From IMG/VR virus record IMGVR_UViG_3300045988_096839: DNA of 64,000 nucleotides; one strand, given 5' to 3'. This document shows, in pieces, positions 50,601 through 64,000 of the stretch (positions within the stretch are counted from its first letter, which is position 1; each line of letters begins with the position of its first letter). The stretch is from a virus. Below the pieces are notes generated by a model that was given only the letters and a program-made list of their open reading frames with translations, was not told the origin of the DNA and did not search any database. Made by a program: the position numbers and the translations under genes.

Positions 50601-53600
50601 GAATCACTAGATAATTTATCCTTATCTATTCTATAATTCTTAGTAGTAGCAATCCAATTTGCAAATTCTTCTATATTATCAGTTGTTACTTCTGTACCTT
50701 TACCATCTAAAGTATTACCAAAATAAACATGACCATCTTTTATATATACAAGTCTGTCCAAATTGTGATTACTTGGATTTCGTTCAATTGCTTCTGTACC
50801 ATAATACATGAAGTTTCTGATAAATTCACCAACAGATATCTGTTTGTCAACTTTCAAATTCTTATTCATTCCAGAATTAATCATCTGCTCTTCTGAAATA
50901 GAACCATCAGCAACTTTAACCATTAAATCAGCAATAATTCTGGCAATGTTTATATCTATCTTACCAGGGTTTAACTTAACTAAAAGTCTTTGTCTGTTAG
51001 GATTAAAGAATGATGGTAATAACAAGTATACAGATCCAGCTGTACCAGTAGCGCCTTTAACTGATTCCATTTTTCTAGAATGTGTATCAAAACGCATAAT
51101 AGTACCATTTGCTGTAGCATAAGCTAATACCAAAGGTTCAGAATCTTTTCCTTCGAAAGCATCTTCTATTAGATCTTCTATATCTTCTTCTTGATCAGCA
51201 TATTTCTGATATAATTCACTTAATTGCTTTTCTTTTTGCTGTTCTATAAACCATTCTACAACTGCTTTACTTTGTCTTTTTACAGCAGGTTGATTTGGGA
51301 AAGATTTATTATAATCATTCAATACTGTCTAATAGTCAGTATCATAAGCAGACATTAATTGTGATATTTTATCAGATAATTTACCTCTACCATTCAATAT
51401 AGATAAAGCGTTATTAGCAGAATCTTCTACTTGTTTTTGTTCAACTGTTAATAAGTCTTCATCTTCAGTATCTTCATCCTGTTCTTTATTTCTAAGTTTA
51501 TCTATATACGTACGGTATTTATTCTTAGAATAATAGAATTTTCCACTAGCTTCATCGTATATTAAGCCTAAAGCTTGTACTTCATCAATATTTGAATTGA
51601 TAACTTGTTTTCTACGATATGATATTAAACTGTTTCCTACAGGTACACTATCATTACTTGTAAGTACATGTATTATATTACTTGGATCAGTAAGTCTATT
51701 AAACTTACGATTGATGAAATAATCTTTTAATATTCTTTCAGTAGATTTATTAAAAGATAAACCTCTATTATTAAGATTGTCTATGAACTCAGATACGCTC
51801 TAATAGTTTTTAATATCGTCTTCAATTTGTTGACATATTTCAACTATTTCATCCCTTGTTCTATTATCTAATACTAATTGTTCACCATTGAGTTTAATAG
51901 GTAAACGTATTTTCCATCTATTTTGTAAAGCATCTTCTACTTGTGCTTCAGTATTCAAAGATTGCCCACCATCTTCACTATAATTCATGAACAGATTTGG
52001 AGATTCTGACAGCATTTGTTCTACTATAGAATTAGCTAATTTTTGATTATTACCTGCTTTTTTGGTATCAGATGATAAACCAAATATAGGTTTGATATAA
52101 CTTTTTATAAATGTTTCAGGTAATATTACAGAATCACCTAATTCTGATATACCACGTAATAGATAATTTATCGTACCGTATTCCTATTCATTTACTGTTA
52201 TGGTTTCTGGCAAATTATCAACATTATAACCATACTTTTTAACAATATCGATTATATTGTCGATATTTACATTTTGCTATACTTTTTCTGTCTATACGTG
52301 ATTATCGTAGATATCATTTATCTGTTGTCTACTTACTAATTCATCATTCTCGTCATACAAAAGAGGATTATTTGGATTAGCTTCATCTCTAGTATTCTAT
52401 AAGAAAGTGCGCATATAAATTCTTACAGAGCCTTCTTTAATGTTTAAAGTTGGCTGAGCATCACTATCATCCTTCTGTCTTTGAGCAAGATTCATTATCA
52501 TGTTCTCGCGAAGGTTGAATTCTAATTCAGATAATACATTTTCTCTATTACGTGATGTTTCATCAGGCATTACCAATCTTGTAGGAATCAAAGTACCGTT
52601 AACAGTACGTACTCTACCGTTAAATAATACGGTATTTATTGGTAAAGCTCTAACCATGTTCTAATATTGAGCCTTGGTTATAGTAGAATGCTTTCCAGAC
52701 TTAATTTGATTGAACAAATTAAATATTTCTTCTTTTGTCTTACCTTTAGTAAGACGAAGAATCCTTTCATAAGTCTTATATGCAGCAGGTCTATCCCACT
52801 TTATTTTACTACCTTTTTCACTCTTCTTATTAGCAAAATCGTAGTCTTGTACTTCTTCCCATTTTTGAACAGTAACGTACCCTCTCCACTGACTTGATTG
52901 ATTATATGGGTCCATCAATCTATTTGCAGCAGTAACTCCACTCTTGGTACCAGTAAAAGCATATGCGTGGCACTTCAATCTTTTCTTATTTTCTTGTGCA
53001 GTTATTTCTGCTTTTTCAGCATATTCTGGAGTAAGGTCTTGTGTACCAGATGTAGAATCAGGTACTTCTTCTACCGTTCCTTCTTCAGTAGAATCTTCTC
53101 TTTTCTTGTTAGCAGATTCAATTGCAGCATCTACCGCCTTTTGAATGTTTTTTAATTTACCTTCAAAAGTTATTGTTTTTCCTTTATTATCTGTTCTTTG
53201 TAATTTACTCAGATAATCCTAATCTTGATTCAATCTGAATTCTACTATTTTAGAAGTCTAGGCATTCAATAAATCCTATTCAAGATTTTGAATATGATTG
53301 TTTGTTGTTTGTAACTGATTTTGTAAATCTTTTATTTCATCTTCTTTTAAAGAATCATTTGCTAACTGTTTTACAATCTTCTTACGATCATTTTTAAGAT
53401 CTTTTATGTGTTTTCTGATATTATCGATATCCGATGTATCAGTAACATCCATTGCTTTAATTATGCCACCTTCGTCAATAGAAAATTCTGAAGATCTGGG
53501 TAAAAATTTATATTTTTTACCATCTGGAGCAGACCATTCTTGAGTATCGATAGGTAAAGTAAGAGTATTACGTTTTGCATTATATGCTCTATCGCTAGCT

Positions 53601-56600
53601 CTTTTGTTAATTTCGTCAGCAATGTTTTTAGCTTGTGCAGCAATAGTTTTTAATTCGTTATATACTTTCTAATCTTCTTCTGTAAATGAGTCTTTAGGCA
53701 TTTTTTCTAATTGTTTAGTAAATTTATCCAAAGATCTATTTACATAAGATACTTTACCTGCTGCGCTACTAATGGTATTTAAACCATTTGTTAATCTATT
53801 AACAAATTTTTGTAATTCTGTATCACTTACAGCATTATTTAAAGATTCAATGAGAGTATTTACAGAATCGTTTAATTGATTTTCAAGTTCTTCATCAGTT
53901 CTAGCTTTAAACTCCTGTGTTGTTTCAACAGTTTGACCATTAGAGTCACTATTAGCGTCATCTCTTTCTTGAGACTGTGTACGAACACGATCTTTATACT
54001 TCTCAATTAAAGACTTAGTAGATTTGTCACCTTTTTCAAAAGGTTCATACAATTTAGTAAAATAATCCAAGTCGTTCAATTCAGCAATATAATTATCTGA
54101 TGCTGCATTAACATCTGAATCGCTAATTTGATTATTACTGAGTTCTGTTACTATATCTGATGTAGTTTGTTTAAATCTATTAATCGCACCTGTTTGCGAT
54201 TCTATATTCTTTTGAGCTTGATTTATTTTACCTTCAAGATACGGAATCGATAACAATTGTCCTTTTGATCCAATTGCATAGCCTTCTTCTGATTCTCTAG
54301 CTTGTTGAATAAGATTATTATATACTTCTAATTCAGAATTATACAATTCCAAAGTATCATTTAATTCATTCAGCTTACCGAATGCTTCCAATTGTTCAGC
54401 AATTTGATCTTGTAGTATTCTTTTTTGCATGAGCAATTTAGCTTTTCTAGAAGACATTACACCTTGTAATTCTGCCATTGCCACAGAATTATTTGCGTAA
54501 GACATATTCATCTTCTTAAGTAACTGAGCTCCATACGCTTGGTTAGATAATTGTTGCGATTGTCTTTCTATAGAATTAAGCTGTTGATTAATCTTTGCTA
54601 ATTGTGTAGTAAGTTTATGTATACCTTCTATTTGAGAATCTTCTAAAGCAATACCGTGTTTGGCAACAGCGTTTTGAATTACATTATACATAACATCACT
54701 AAACAAAGATGATTCTTTAGATTTTTCATCAAATTGCCTATTAAATTCTTTTCTGGCTTCTTCTTTCTTATCATTCTGTTCGGTAATATTAGTTCTGATA
54801 TTGTTAGCTATTGCTGCATATATATCGGAATCTCTTTCACTTAAACCTAAAGCTTTTGTTTTTTCAGATAGTTGAGCTCTGGTATCTAACAATTGATCAA
54901 TATTTTTACGTTCTTCATTTATATAATTATCAATTTGTTCTTCAGTTGTTTCACCTTTAGCATCTGATATTACCCCTAAATCGTATTTACCTGTTTTTAG
55001 TGCTTCAGAAATATTATCTAATACTTGACCATAGTTTTTACCATTTGCTTTTAAGTCACGCATTGTTTGCAATAAATCTACCGATCTATCAACAAAATCT
55101 TGTTCTTCAAGAGCTCTCTAGAATATATCTCCAAATCTCTTATCATTCTTCATCTGCTTACGAACATCAGCAAGTAAGTCTTTACCAGACATAACCAATG
55201 CTCTTGGATCCAAAGATGAAAGTATCGCACCCGACATATAGTTCTCTTGTAGTTGCGCATCATTAGAATAAACAGGATCGAATGGAGTAAATACAGCAAT
55301 AGTAGATCTTTGTCTATCTAACCAGTTGGATGACATATCATCAAACAACTGACCGTTAGTCAAAGCATTCCAAAAACTACCACTAGCACTCTAATCATCA
55401 AATTCTCCTTTTCCTGCTTTGTCAGCCATTATATACTGAGCACCTTCTTCAGTTGCTTCTTCATACATATTAGCTAATTGTGCAGCACCCCATGATTTTA
55501 ATGCTTTGTTTCTAGTTATTCTTGATAATTCTTTACCAGTAAGAGCAGCTCTGGCTACATCTGCGTTTGCTGCAGCTCTTCGGCTTAACAGTGATTTAAT
55601 AGGATTTGTTGCTTTTTTACCTAAAGCAAAAGCGCCCTCCATAGGATTCAATGCGCCTCTGAACACTTGACTATTTCGGAAGAACGGTACATAGAACAAC
55701 ATATCTGTTGCTACTTCACCGGCTCCTAAAGCCATATTACGTTCATATAATCTAGGTATACCTCTATATGCTCTACGTCGTGCATCTTCAAACTGATTAC
55801 TACCGGAATCAATAGTACCGTTTGCAGCCAATTCTAAAGCTTCTTCATCAGAAATATTAGAATTTTCTCCTCTACTAGCTAATTGTCTTTTAACGTTTTT
55901 TATTACTCGATCAGTATCAATTTTATCTTCTTCTAAGATTTTAGATAAATTTTGTTCATACTGTGAATAAGCTTCAATATCTGATTCTCCTTTTCTAGCT
56001 TGTATACCACCACCAGCTTGAGAAGCTGCAGAAGCTGTTAAACCAACTATTAAACCTCTAGCTAAACCGCGTAAACCACCAGCAACAGCACCAGGTGTTC
56101 CAGCCATAGACGCACCTAATAACGCATCTGCTGCTACTGCCGTTATCGCACCAGAAGCCATAGACGACAATTGATAAGCCCAATCAGAATGAGAACCACC
56201 AAACAGTCCTGGTAATTTATATAAAAAGTTACCAAACGTTGTAGTAGATTCATTAGCTTTTTTAGTAAAATATTGGCTTATATCATAGTTATCTAAAGAT
56301 TCTTGTTGTTCTCTTTTATTTATTTCTCTAGACTGAATAGCATTGTTGTATTCTCTATCTGAATCAGTTTGAATATCAATTAATGATTGTAAATCAGGTA
56401 ACTGTTTATTTGTCCAAACTCCATTTTGTCGTAGTGCATCTAATCTAGATTGAGCTAAATCTCTAGCTTGAGATCTATCAATACCGTAAGTATTATAAAA
56501 ATCTTCGTCAGAAATTGTTTCAGGATAAAGATAATGCATAACCAAAGCTGCATCGCTTTTATTCATTTCTGCACGGTTAATACGGTTATTATCTCTGGTT

Positions 56601-56833
56601 ATCTACGATTCTTGCATATCATTATAGTATTTATGCCAAAAATCGGATAACTACATTCCTTGTACGTTATCCGTTGGTGCTTCATTATAATAATATGCAG
56701 CATCTGCCGATGACTATCTATTAAGATAAGCACCGGCATTCTATCTCATTGCTAAATTTTGCTGTATACGATCATTCAATAATTTTGAGTCTCCCTCTGA
56801 ATAATCGCGTAATAAATCTTTTTTAGTATTCAT
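41690..56833 (-). CDS. giant late polyprotein-like ORF (5047 codons, TAG read as sense) containing a virion RNA-polymerase-like DxDxD motif
   Basis: Nineteen ORF-track fragments (41834..43561 to 55391..56566) share one frame, and all boundaries are TAG. My hand check of every gap found no in-frame TAA or TGA. ATG at 56831-56833, TAA at 41690-41692, about 32 in-frame TAGs. DFDID lies at 44462-44476 and HEAFH at 49097-49111. A coiled-coil segment spans 53.7-55.1 kb and a Gly/Ala-rich segment about 55.9-56.2 kb. Confidence 0.7.
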
Positions 56834-56843
56834 ATTTTTTAAA

Positions 56844-58712
56844 TTACATTAAACCTGCTGTATTATGCGGTAAACCAACCATGTAAGAATCTCCACTATC
56901 TTGGTATCTTACTGAATTTTCTGATTTAGTTGTACCCATATATTTTTCAGCTTGCATGTTAATTAAATTTCTGGTATCATCTGTTACTGGTTCTACTACT
57001 AAAATAGTAGTTTCTACATTACCTTCATCATTATCTGTGGTGGTAGAATATCCTAATTCTTTTAACTAATCGTATTCTCTACCTGTAAACCAAGGAACCA
57101 TTGAATCAGGTAATGCATCTATTGGATATTCAACAGTAACACTCCATGCTAACTCTTGACCGTTTGGAGTGTTTTGCATTGTTACTCCGTTTACACGTTT
57201 TGGTATAGCTCTAGATGGATTTTTAGTTATTGCTTTTTCCAAATCGAAATTTTTATCTTCAGAAAATGGAAAACTACTTGTTAAGAATAAAGGGTTGGTT
57301 GTATCCAAGCCCTAGCTCTTTATAAAATCTTTCATATAAGGATTACTAAGAACATATTGTCTAGGAGTTAACAATTTTCTACCGCTCAAAGTAGGATTGT
57401 TGGAACCGAATAATCTCTGCATATCTACATCAGAATAACCTTGTGTTGGAGTCATTATAGATTCTACAGCTTGATTATACATTTCTTTAACGTATGGCGC
57501 ATATTCAGATTGATTAGAAAATTTAATAGATTTCTTTTTACCTTTTGCTACACCAGCTTGTTTTCTTCCTGCTTCAGATAATCTCCATAGAACGTCGTCC
57601 CCTACTTCTCCCTACTCGTTAATTAGATCACTATTGACAAAAGCTCGTTTCATTCCTTCGAACATTATGGCAGCTTGCATTGCCATGTTATATCCGCTAC
57701 TATCATTTTTAGAAGCCATTTCAGCAGCTTTTCTAGTAAGAACATTTTGATTTGCTGGTTGTTTCTTTAAAGATATTTGTCCAGTTTTTTCATCTGTATC
57801 AAAATTTTCAAGCATCTTTCCGGTAACCACCCTACCTGCATTTTGTACGGCATCCAATGAACCGTATGCTAATCTATCGAAACGATTAACAATATTAGAG
57901 GGTGTTTCACTACTACCTTTACTACTTAATTTTTTTAATTCATAAGGATTAATAGTTTTATCTTCCCATGAAAATTCTCTAGCTCGATTGATAGCCATGT
58001 TTGCAAATTCTTGCTCTGCTTGCTCTCTAGTAAGACCTGCTTTTTGTAATTGTCTAATGTGCTCTTGCGCTTGAGGAGTATTATAAATAGATGACCAATT
58101 TTGCTGAACCATTTTATCAGTTGTATCAATAGATACGCCTCTTACATCCCAAATTCCTTCACTTCTTAAATAAGAAGGCTTTAAGTTATCAACATATGGT
58201 TTTACTAAATCATTTATTGATGTGTATGGTATTGGATTAATATCAGAGAAAATCTTTCCACTACCTAATGTATCGTACTATGATACATCCAAATTATGCC
58301 AATTAGGATTAAACTAATTTGTTTTTATTAAATAAGCTACAGCCTCATCTCTTTTTTTATAAGCTTCAGCACTGGATATTAGCATATTTAATTTGTCATA
58401 TGGAATATTGTTGATTAACGCTGTTATTTTTCCACGACCTTCTTGAGTTTTTAGCATATCTGGATTGTTGACCATTTCATTAACTAACGGTTTAGCTACA
58501 CCAGTAGTCAAGTCATACCAGTTTTGCATATCTTTCAAAGAGGCAGATTTAAAGCTATTCCATACTTTCATATTATCTGATAGAGTTTTCATTGCTGTAT
58601 CAACTCTATCATTGTACTCTTTACCTATTTTATATAACTATTCAAAAGGTATTGGTACATATTGACTTACGTACTAACTTTCTACCGGTTTATCAAATCT
58701 ATTTACTGCCAT
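56844..58712 (-). CDS. late/virion protein (622 codons, TAG read as sense)
   Basis: Fragments 57066..57308, 57612..58112 and 58314..58592 are in one frame. ATG at 58710-58712 and TAA at 56844-56846, with 7 in-frame TAGs, the first at codon 13. Confidence 0.7.
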
Positions 58713-58713
58713 A

Positions 58714-60693
58714 TCATCTAAAATTTCTATATAATTTATTTACGGTATCTTGTGTAGAACCATAATTGAAAAACTCTTTCATATATTCCAACATTGCTTG
58801 ATCTCGATTATTCAAACGATTATCACGAGACATTGATTGCAAAGCTGTACCAAGTTGACTGAGATCAGTATTACGAATGGTTCGAGCAGCTGCTCTATTT
58901 TGAGCATCTTCTTCATATCCTCTATGGAATGCTTCAGTATTATATCTAGCCCTATCGTTATATATACCAATGTTTCTAGCTTTTCTTTCATTTTCAATAT
59001 TATTCTTCTGATTATATGCTTGAGCGATAGCTCTGTTTCTAGCAACTTGTGATTGTACGGCTTGTGCCAAATTAGCACTTCTACCAAACCCACCTGCCTA
59101 ATTAGCATTATATCTTGCAATAGCATTGGTCATATCTATTTCTCGTAATATTGGACTGATATCATAATCTACTGGAGCAAAATGTGGAGAATAAGTAAAT
59201 ACTCTTGCTTTTTCAGGATCACTATTATAAATGTTAGCCATTGGTCCTATTAATGCAGCACCATTAGTTAATATATCAAATAATGATCCATACGATCTAT
59301 CATTACCATTATTAGGATTAGTATTTCTCTTAGGAATATTTATTTTCCCAGGACCAGTATAAATATAATTATTTGTGAAATTATGGTCGCCTATTTTATT
59401 CTATACACTGTAACTCTATCCACTAATAGGTACTTCAATATTATGTAAAAATGAACTTCTAGAACGTACTGGAGCAACACTATTTGCTTCATCCGTAAAA
59501 GGAGTAGAAGATATGTCAAAGTAATCATGTACTTGTCCATACAGACCATCCTGAACATTCTTAACTACAGCATCTTCAAATGACATACCGGTTTTTAAAT
59601 TTCTCTGTATTTGTGGCAAATCGCTTAATGTTTTGTAAGCGTTATCGTAATTATCTTTGTTTTTTAAAAACGTACGTATGGATTCACCAGCTTGTTTATA
59701 CGCATTCTTATCAGCACTTTTGTACCAAGAAGTTGTAGCGCGATTTCTGTCATGACGTATATTTGGATTATAATTGGGGTTAACTCTAATAAACAACTCA
59801 TTAAGTTTATCTCTATCCTCAGCACTAGTAACAGGTTCTGGTAATCCAGGTGTACCTCCTGCATATTTACCAACTTTATTCTTTATTCCTCTTTTAGCTT
59901 TTACTTGTTCTTGTAAGGCAAGTAATTCATTATATTTTTTCTAATTATTACGATCATTTAGCATTTGTGTATTCTGCGCATAAATATCGTTTCCTTTTTT
60001 CTTACCTGTTTTCATATACTTTTTACCAGCTTGTGCAAAAGTTTCATTAGTTCCTGGAACTTTTAATTTATCACTTAATACCTAAGTTCCAACAGGAACA
60101 TTAACTAAATTACTATCTGTAGGTTTTCCTTGTTCAGGAATTTGACTTATTTCTCCATCTGGGGTTCTCATTAATTCACCATCATCCAAGTAAGCTAAAG
60201 TAGTTGGTAATATACCTCCGTAAGCAGCTAAAGAATAATCATTATCACCATATTCATTAGCCCATTCTTCTTGAGCAGCTGCAGTAGCGTTAGCATCAGC
60301 AATACCTTGATTCACCCTTCTCCATTGAGCTCTAACTCTATTTCTACTACGTCTGCCTTTAATACCTTTACCTTCGATATATTCACCAGTATCAGTATTG
60401 ACAGAATCAGATGTACCAACCATAGCGCCTATACCTTTTGTTAACATACCTGCAGCTTTACCAACTACGCTACCAATTGGACCAAAGGCACTACCTACTG
60501 TTTCTAATCCAGTAGCAATACCACCAGTAATAGCATCTGTTTTAGCATTTCCACTAGAAGGTATTAACCCGTTTCCTAAATCTAATCCTGCACCTACTGC
60601 ATTTCCTAATTTATTTAATTGACCAGTAGCTTTATCAATTAATCCTCCTAAAAAGTATGAATTTATATCTTTATTTTTTCTTATTCTTTTCAT
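58714..60693 (-). CDS. late/virion protein with Gly-rich N-terminal region (659 codons, TAG read as sense)
   Basis: Fragments 58714..59070, 59416..59796 and 60082..60693 are in one frame. The ATG at 60691-60693 overlaps the upstream TGA (ATGA). The gene's own stop is TGA at 58714-58716, with 5 in-frame TAGs. Confidence 0.7.
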
Positions 60694-63600
60694 AACATGG
60701 ACTATCTAAATGTTGTTTTTATTAAAGGTATTTCAATTTTTTTATCATCATTACAATCAAAAGTATATTCACATAGCATATATTTACCTCTCATTCTTGG
60801 TGAAAAAGATCTATTTAATATATCTTGTTCTGATTCATCAGAACTTCCCAAATCCCCTCTATCTTGTCTAGGTATAGGAAAACGATAAGTATCTTCTCTA
60901 CATTCTATATTATTATAATTTATTTCAAAACTGTCCTAAGTTTTAGTGTAACATTTTACAGAAGTAATAACTTGTGGAGAAGAATTATTCGGATCTTCTA
61001 TATTACCAGACAACCATTGATTATCAAACACTTTTGTATATTCAGGATTAGGATTAACTGCAAATGTCACTTTAGCAATTAAATCTTCTACATCAGCTTC
61101 TTCACCAAATGAATCATTTTTATAAAAATTAGTACCTCGTATAGTTATTAATCTATCATAAAACCGTAATCCCCAATCAGGAATATGTGAATAAAATGAT
61201 GTAAAACAATCAGATTGTTCATTATATATCAATGAATTACCTTTTGCTTTTAACCACAGTTCATTAGTTTTATCATTAAAAACAGAAGTAAGATTTATTT
61301 TACTAGTCTACGCTAATGAATTTAAGAACGTCTATACCTTTTTCTCTTTTGAGAGTATATGGAATCCATTACTGCCATATGAGCATATAACGTTTTTATT
61401 AGTATCATACCAATAAATACTTTGTGAACTAGATATAATACTTTTATCATTTACTATACCCGCACCATAATTCTAAACTATTGTATCAAAACGACTTAAT
61501 ACTCCACCAGTACCTAATACCAATTGTGCTCCACTCTAATCACTTATAAGCGATCTATCATCTACAGATAAAACATTAAACGCATTTTGTTGGAAAGCAT
61601 ATAAATTATTATTAAATACATTTAAACTAGTAGTAATACCATACTTAGCATCCAAATCCAATGTATTAGCAAACTTAGCTTTAGACCAAGAATCTATTTC
61701 TTCTCCAAATGATTTTTGTTCTGAACAATTTATGCGGTAATAATTGGTTTCGTTTGTAGAAATATTTTCATTCGTAGAACCAGAACTATAATTTACACCA
61801 CCATCAGATACAGAATAAGCTGAATTATATGCATACATCTGATAAGAATAAGTAATACCATTCAACGTAGTAGGATTAGTAAACATAAACCATCTATTTT
61901 TTGTTTCCCCTTCTATCGCTTCTGGTTCTGTGGAATGTTTTAAATAATAATCATCCCATCTAGCATAGCAATTTATAGTAGATTCTACAGGTAAGTATAC
62001 TTGTAAGTAGCGTCTATACCAGGTTGCTTCTTCCTACCAATCGTTTTTAGAAAACATAGATGCGTGCATATAATTAAATACTGTAAGATATACATCTCCA
62101 CCAAATATTACTTTACCTGTAGCAGCTTCATTTTCTTTTATGTATCCACCACAAGATATATAATTATTCGATGATCTGGATAAATAAGAGTTACCACCGT
62201 AAGGTGTAGCTCTTTTCTTAATATTACATAACAAAGTTACTACTTTTGGATCAGTATCTGTACTTAATGTTTTTGAAAAAGCATTATATAGTATATGATC
62301 AGCATTAACATCTGCTGATTTCATATTTATTAATTGATTCACACCAGCTATGCCAAAAGAACCAGAAGCAACAATAGTGTTTGTATAATTACCAGCATCG
62401 ATTGAATCAATATAACCGTCTTTAAAAGCTTGTATGCCATTATTATTTTGATTTGGTAAATCAGTTCTTGCTGTTTTAGTATTACCTATATCTGCAATAA
62501 AATTATTAGACTGCTATGTTTTAGATACTCCTTTGTTACTCTTAAATAAACTATTTGCTGATTCGTGTAAGAAATATTTCATTACACCACCTATGATACC
62601 AGTATTGTTATGGCTACCTATTACCAGTATAGGTTTATCTTCAGTATTTATGGTACCCATGGTAGATAAACCAGCAATAACATCAGATACTTCACTATAA
62701 TATGACATATCCTAAGTCATGAATCTACGTGAACTTCCAGAATTAAAATCTGATGTTAACTGATAAACTGGACACATATAACAGCTTTTATCAATTACTT
62801 CAGATTTATAGTTCGTGCATATTTCGGGAGACGCAAATGTTTTTAAATTTCTATTTACATTCCATCCATCTTTACCATGAAATATTACTGCGGTTATCTT
62901 ATGTTCTCTACTAACTTGAGGATATTCTCTCATCGTCGGTATATAAGGAGATCTAATGTCATTGGTACCGTTTGATATATCTGCATTAACATCACTGTTA
63001 TCAAAATCAACGTTTCTAAAATGTACTGTATTATTTAACATACCCTGCGCAACCACAGTTCTATCTGAATAAGTTCTATCACATCTTACTATTTCAGCAG
63101 CAACGGCTTCATCAGGAAAGTTTTTAATAGTGAATTTTACACCAAATGGTCTAGCTATCAATTCATATTTAGAATTAACATTAGTTATATCATTTGCAAA
63201 TGCAGCACAGCCATCAGTATCACCAGATGGAAATCGTATATCACATATCCAATGTACTGGGGTAGTAACATTATTTTTATTATAAAAAACAATACCAAAT
63301 CTATATACTTCATCACGTTGATATGATTGAAATTTAGCTGCGATGTATGGATTAGCATAGCTCAATAACTAATCACCATTTAACGATATAGATGTTACAC
63401 CTACGTTTGTTTTTAATTTTTTTATCGATATTGAAGACCCTGTAACATTAGCTGCTCCATTATACGAATCGTATAATTTACCATCAGCAGTATAAGAGTC
63501 TGTGATATGTGGTGATTCATATATTTCCCCATATACAATTTCAAAATCAATATTTGTGCCACTACCTCCATAAGTAATACCATCTTGTTGAAAAGCATAT

Positions 63601-64000
63601 TCATTATCTTCTCCGGAAGGATATACATCTAATACGTTCATAGGATTTATAGCGTCATCATCATATGGAATACTATCTATCTAACTAAATGAATAAGTTG
63701 TTCCATTACCATTAGAATCCTATAATAAACACTATTGATTTTTATTAAATCTGAAACTTCTAGTATCCCAATCTTTAGGTATATCCCAATCAGATGATTC
63801 TATATTTGCAAAGAACAGTCTGTTTTTAAAAGAAGTCATTATCTATGCTTTAAATATATACGGTATGATATCATTGAATTCTTCTTGAGTAACAGTAGTT
63901 AAGCTTTGCATTAAAGCATCTGTTATGGTATAATTTAAATTACCTTTTGATATTCTATCTTGTAGTATTATAGAAATCTCTGGTTCATTTAAATTATCTT
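60690..64000 (-). CDS. large late (tail/fibre-like) protein, 5-prime end beyond the window (TAG read as sense)
   Basis: Six fragments (60936..61232 to 63369..63641) share one frame, which stays open to position 64000. The stop is TGA at 60690-60692, with 14 in-frame TAGs. An ATG at 63837-63839 sits two codons (one intervening) after a TAG (63843-63845), so there may be two genes. No family recognised. Confidence 0.6.

Noticed and set aside
38269-60888. Numerous plus-strand or off-frame ORFs lie inside the late module, for example 38561..38983, 38682..38957, 46369..46629, 50808..51122, 52667..53155, 53461..53643, 57935..58129, 58812..59126 and 60398..60622.
   Set aside because: All overlap the long TAG-containing frames, have low-complexity Phe/Leu/Ile/Ser-rich translations, and contain no motifs. 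For example, 58812..59126 overlaps the clearly protein-like 58714..59070 frame.
36309-64000. I considered that the fragmented late-region ORFs are pseudogenes, a degraded prophage, or a sequencing-error artefact.
   Set aside because: The interruptions are exclusively TAG, never TAA, TGA or frameshifts. Fragments stay in frame over as much as 15 kb, the translated gap sequences look like ordinary protein, and the genes end cleanly in TAA or TGA with coupled starts. Random decay would not produce this pattern.
36309-64000. I considered TGA or TAA reassignment (code 4-like) in the late module.
   Set aside because: All five late genes terminate with TAA or TGA at sensible gene junctions. No in-frame TGA or TAA was found inside the fused frames.

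Overview
This is an AT-rich dsDNA phage segment whose gene content and layout look crAss-like (Crassvirales-type). That assignment is an inference from four things: a giant virion-type RNA-polymerase-like ORF with a DFDID motif, a family B DNA polymerase, very tight gene trains, and stop-codon recoding. The window has three modules. (1) 1-7021, minus strand: nucleotide-metabolism and DNA-modification genes (ThyX, Dam-type N6-adenine methyltransferase, ParB-like, GroES-like). (2) 7.0-36.2 kb, plus strand: a compositionally foreign GC-rich single-gene cassette (7261-7980); a tRNA / non-coding island interleaved with small membrane-protein genes (8.3-15.4 kb); an ECF-type sigma factor; a 1.95 kb ORF-free structured region (20228-22176); and the replication module (PolB, DnaB-like helicase, Sak4-like ATPase, SSB with DDLPF tail, Toprim primase, nucleases, AAA ATPase, metallophosphoesterase). 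(3) 36.3-64.0 kb, minus strand: a late/virion module that is coherent only if TAG is translated. Forty-one ORF-track fragments collapse into five genes of 1792, 5047, 622, 659 and more than 1100 codons. They are joined by about 80 in-frame TAG codons (hand count), and each gene ends in TAA or TGA. No confident gene in the window uses TAG as its terminator. No CUA-anticodon suppressor tRNA is recognisable here, but three of the five tRNA-like genes are structurally aberrant. No CRISPR array, integrase, transposase or rRNA was seen. Coordinates of hand-called RNA elements and hairpins may be off by 1-2 nt.
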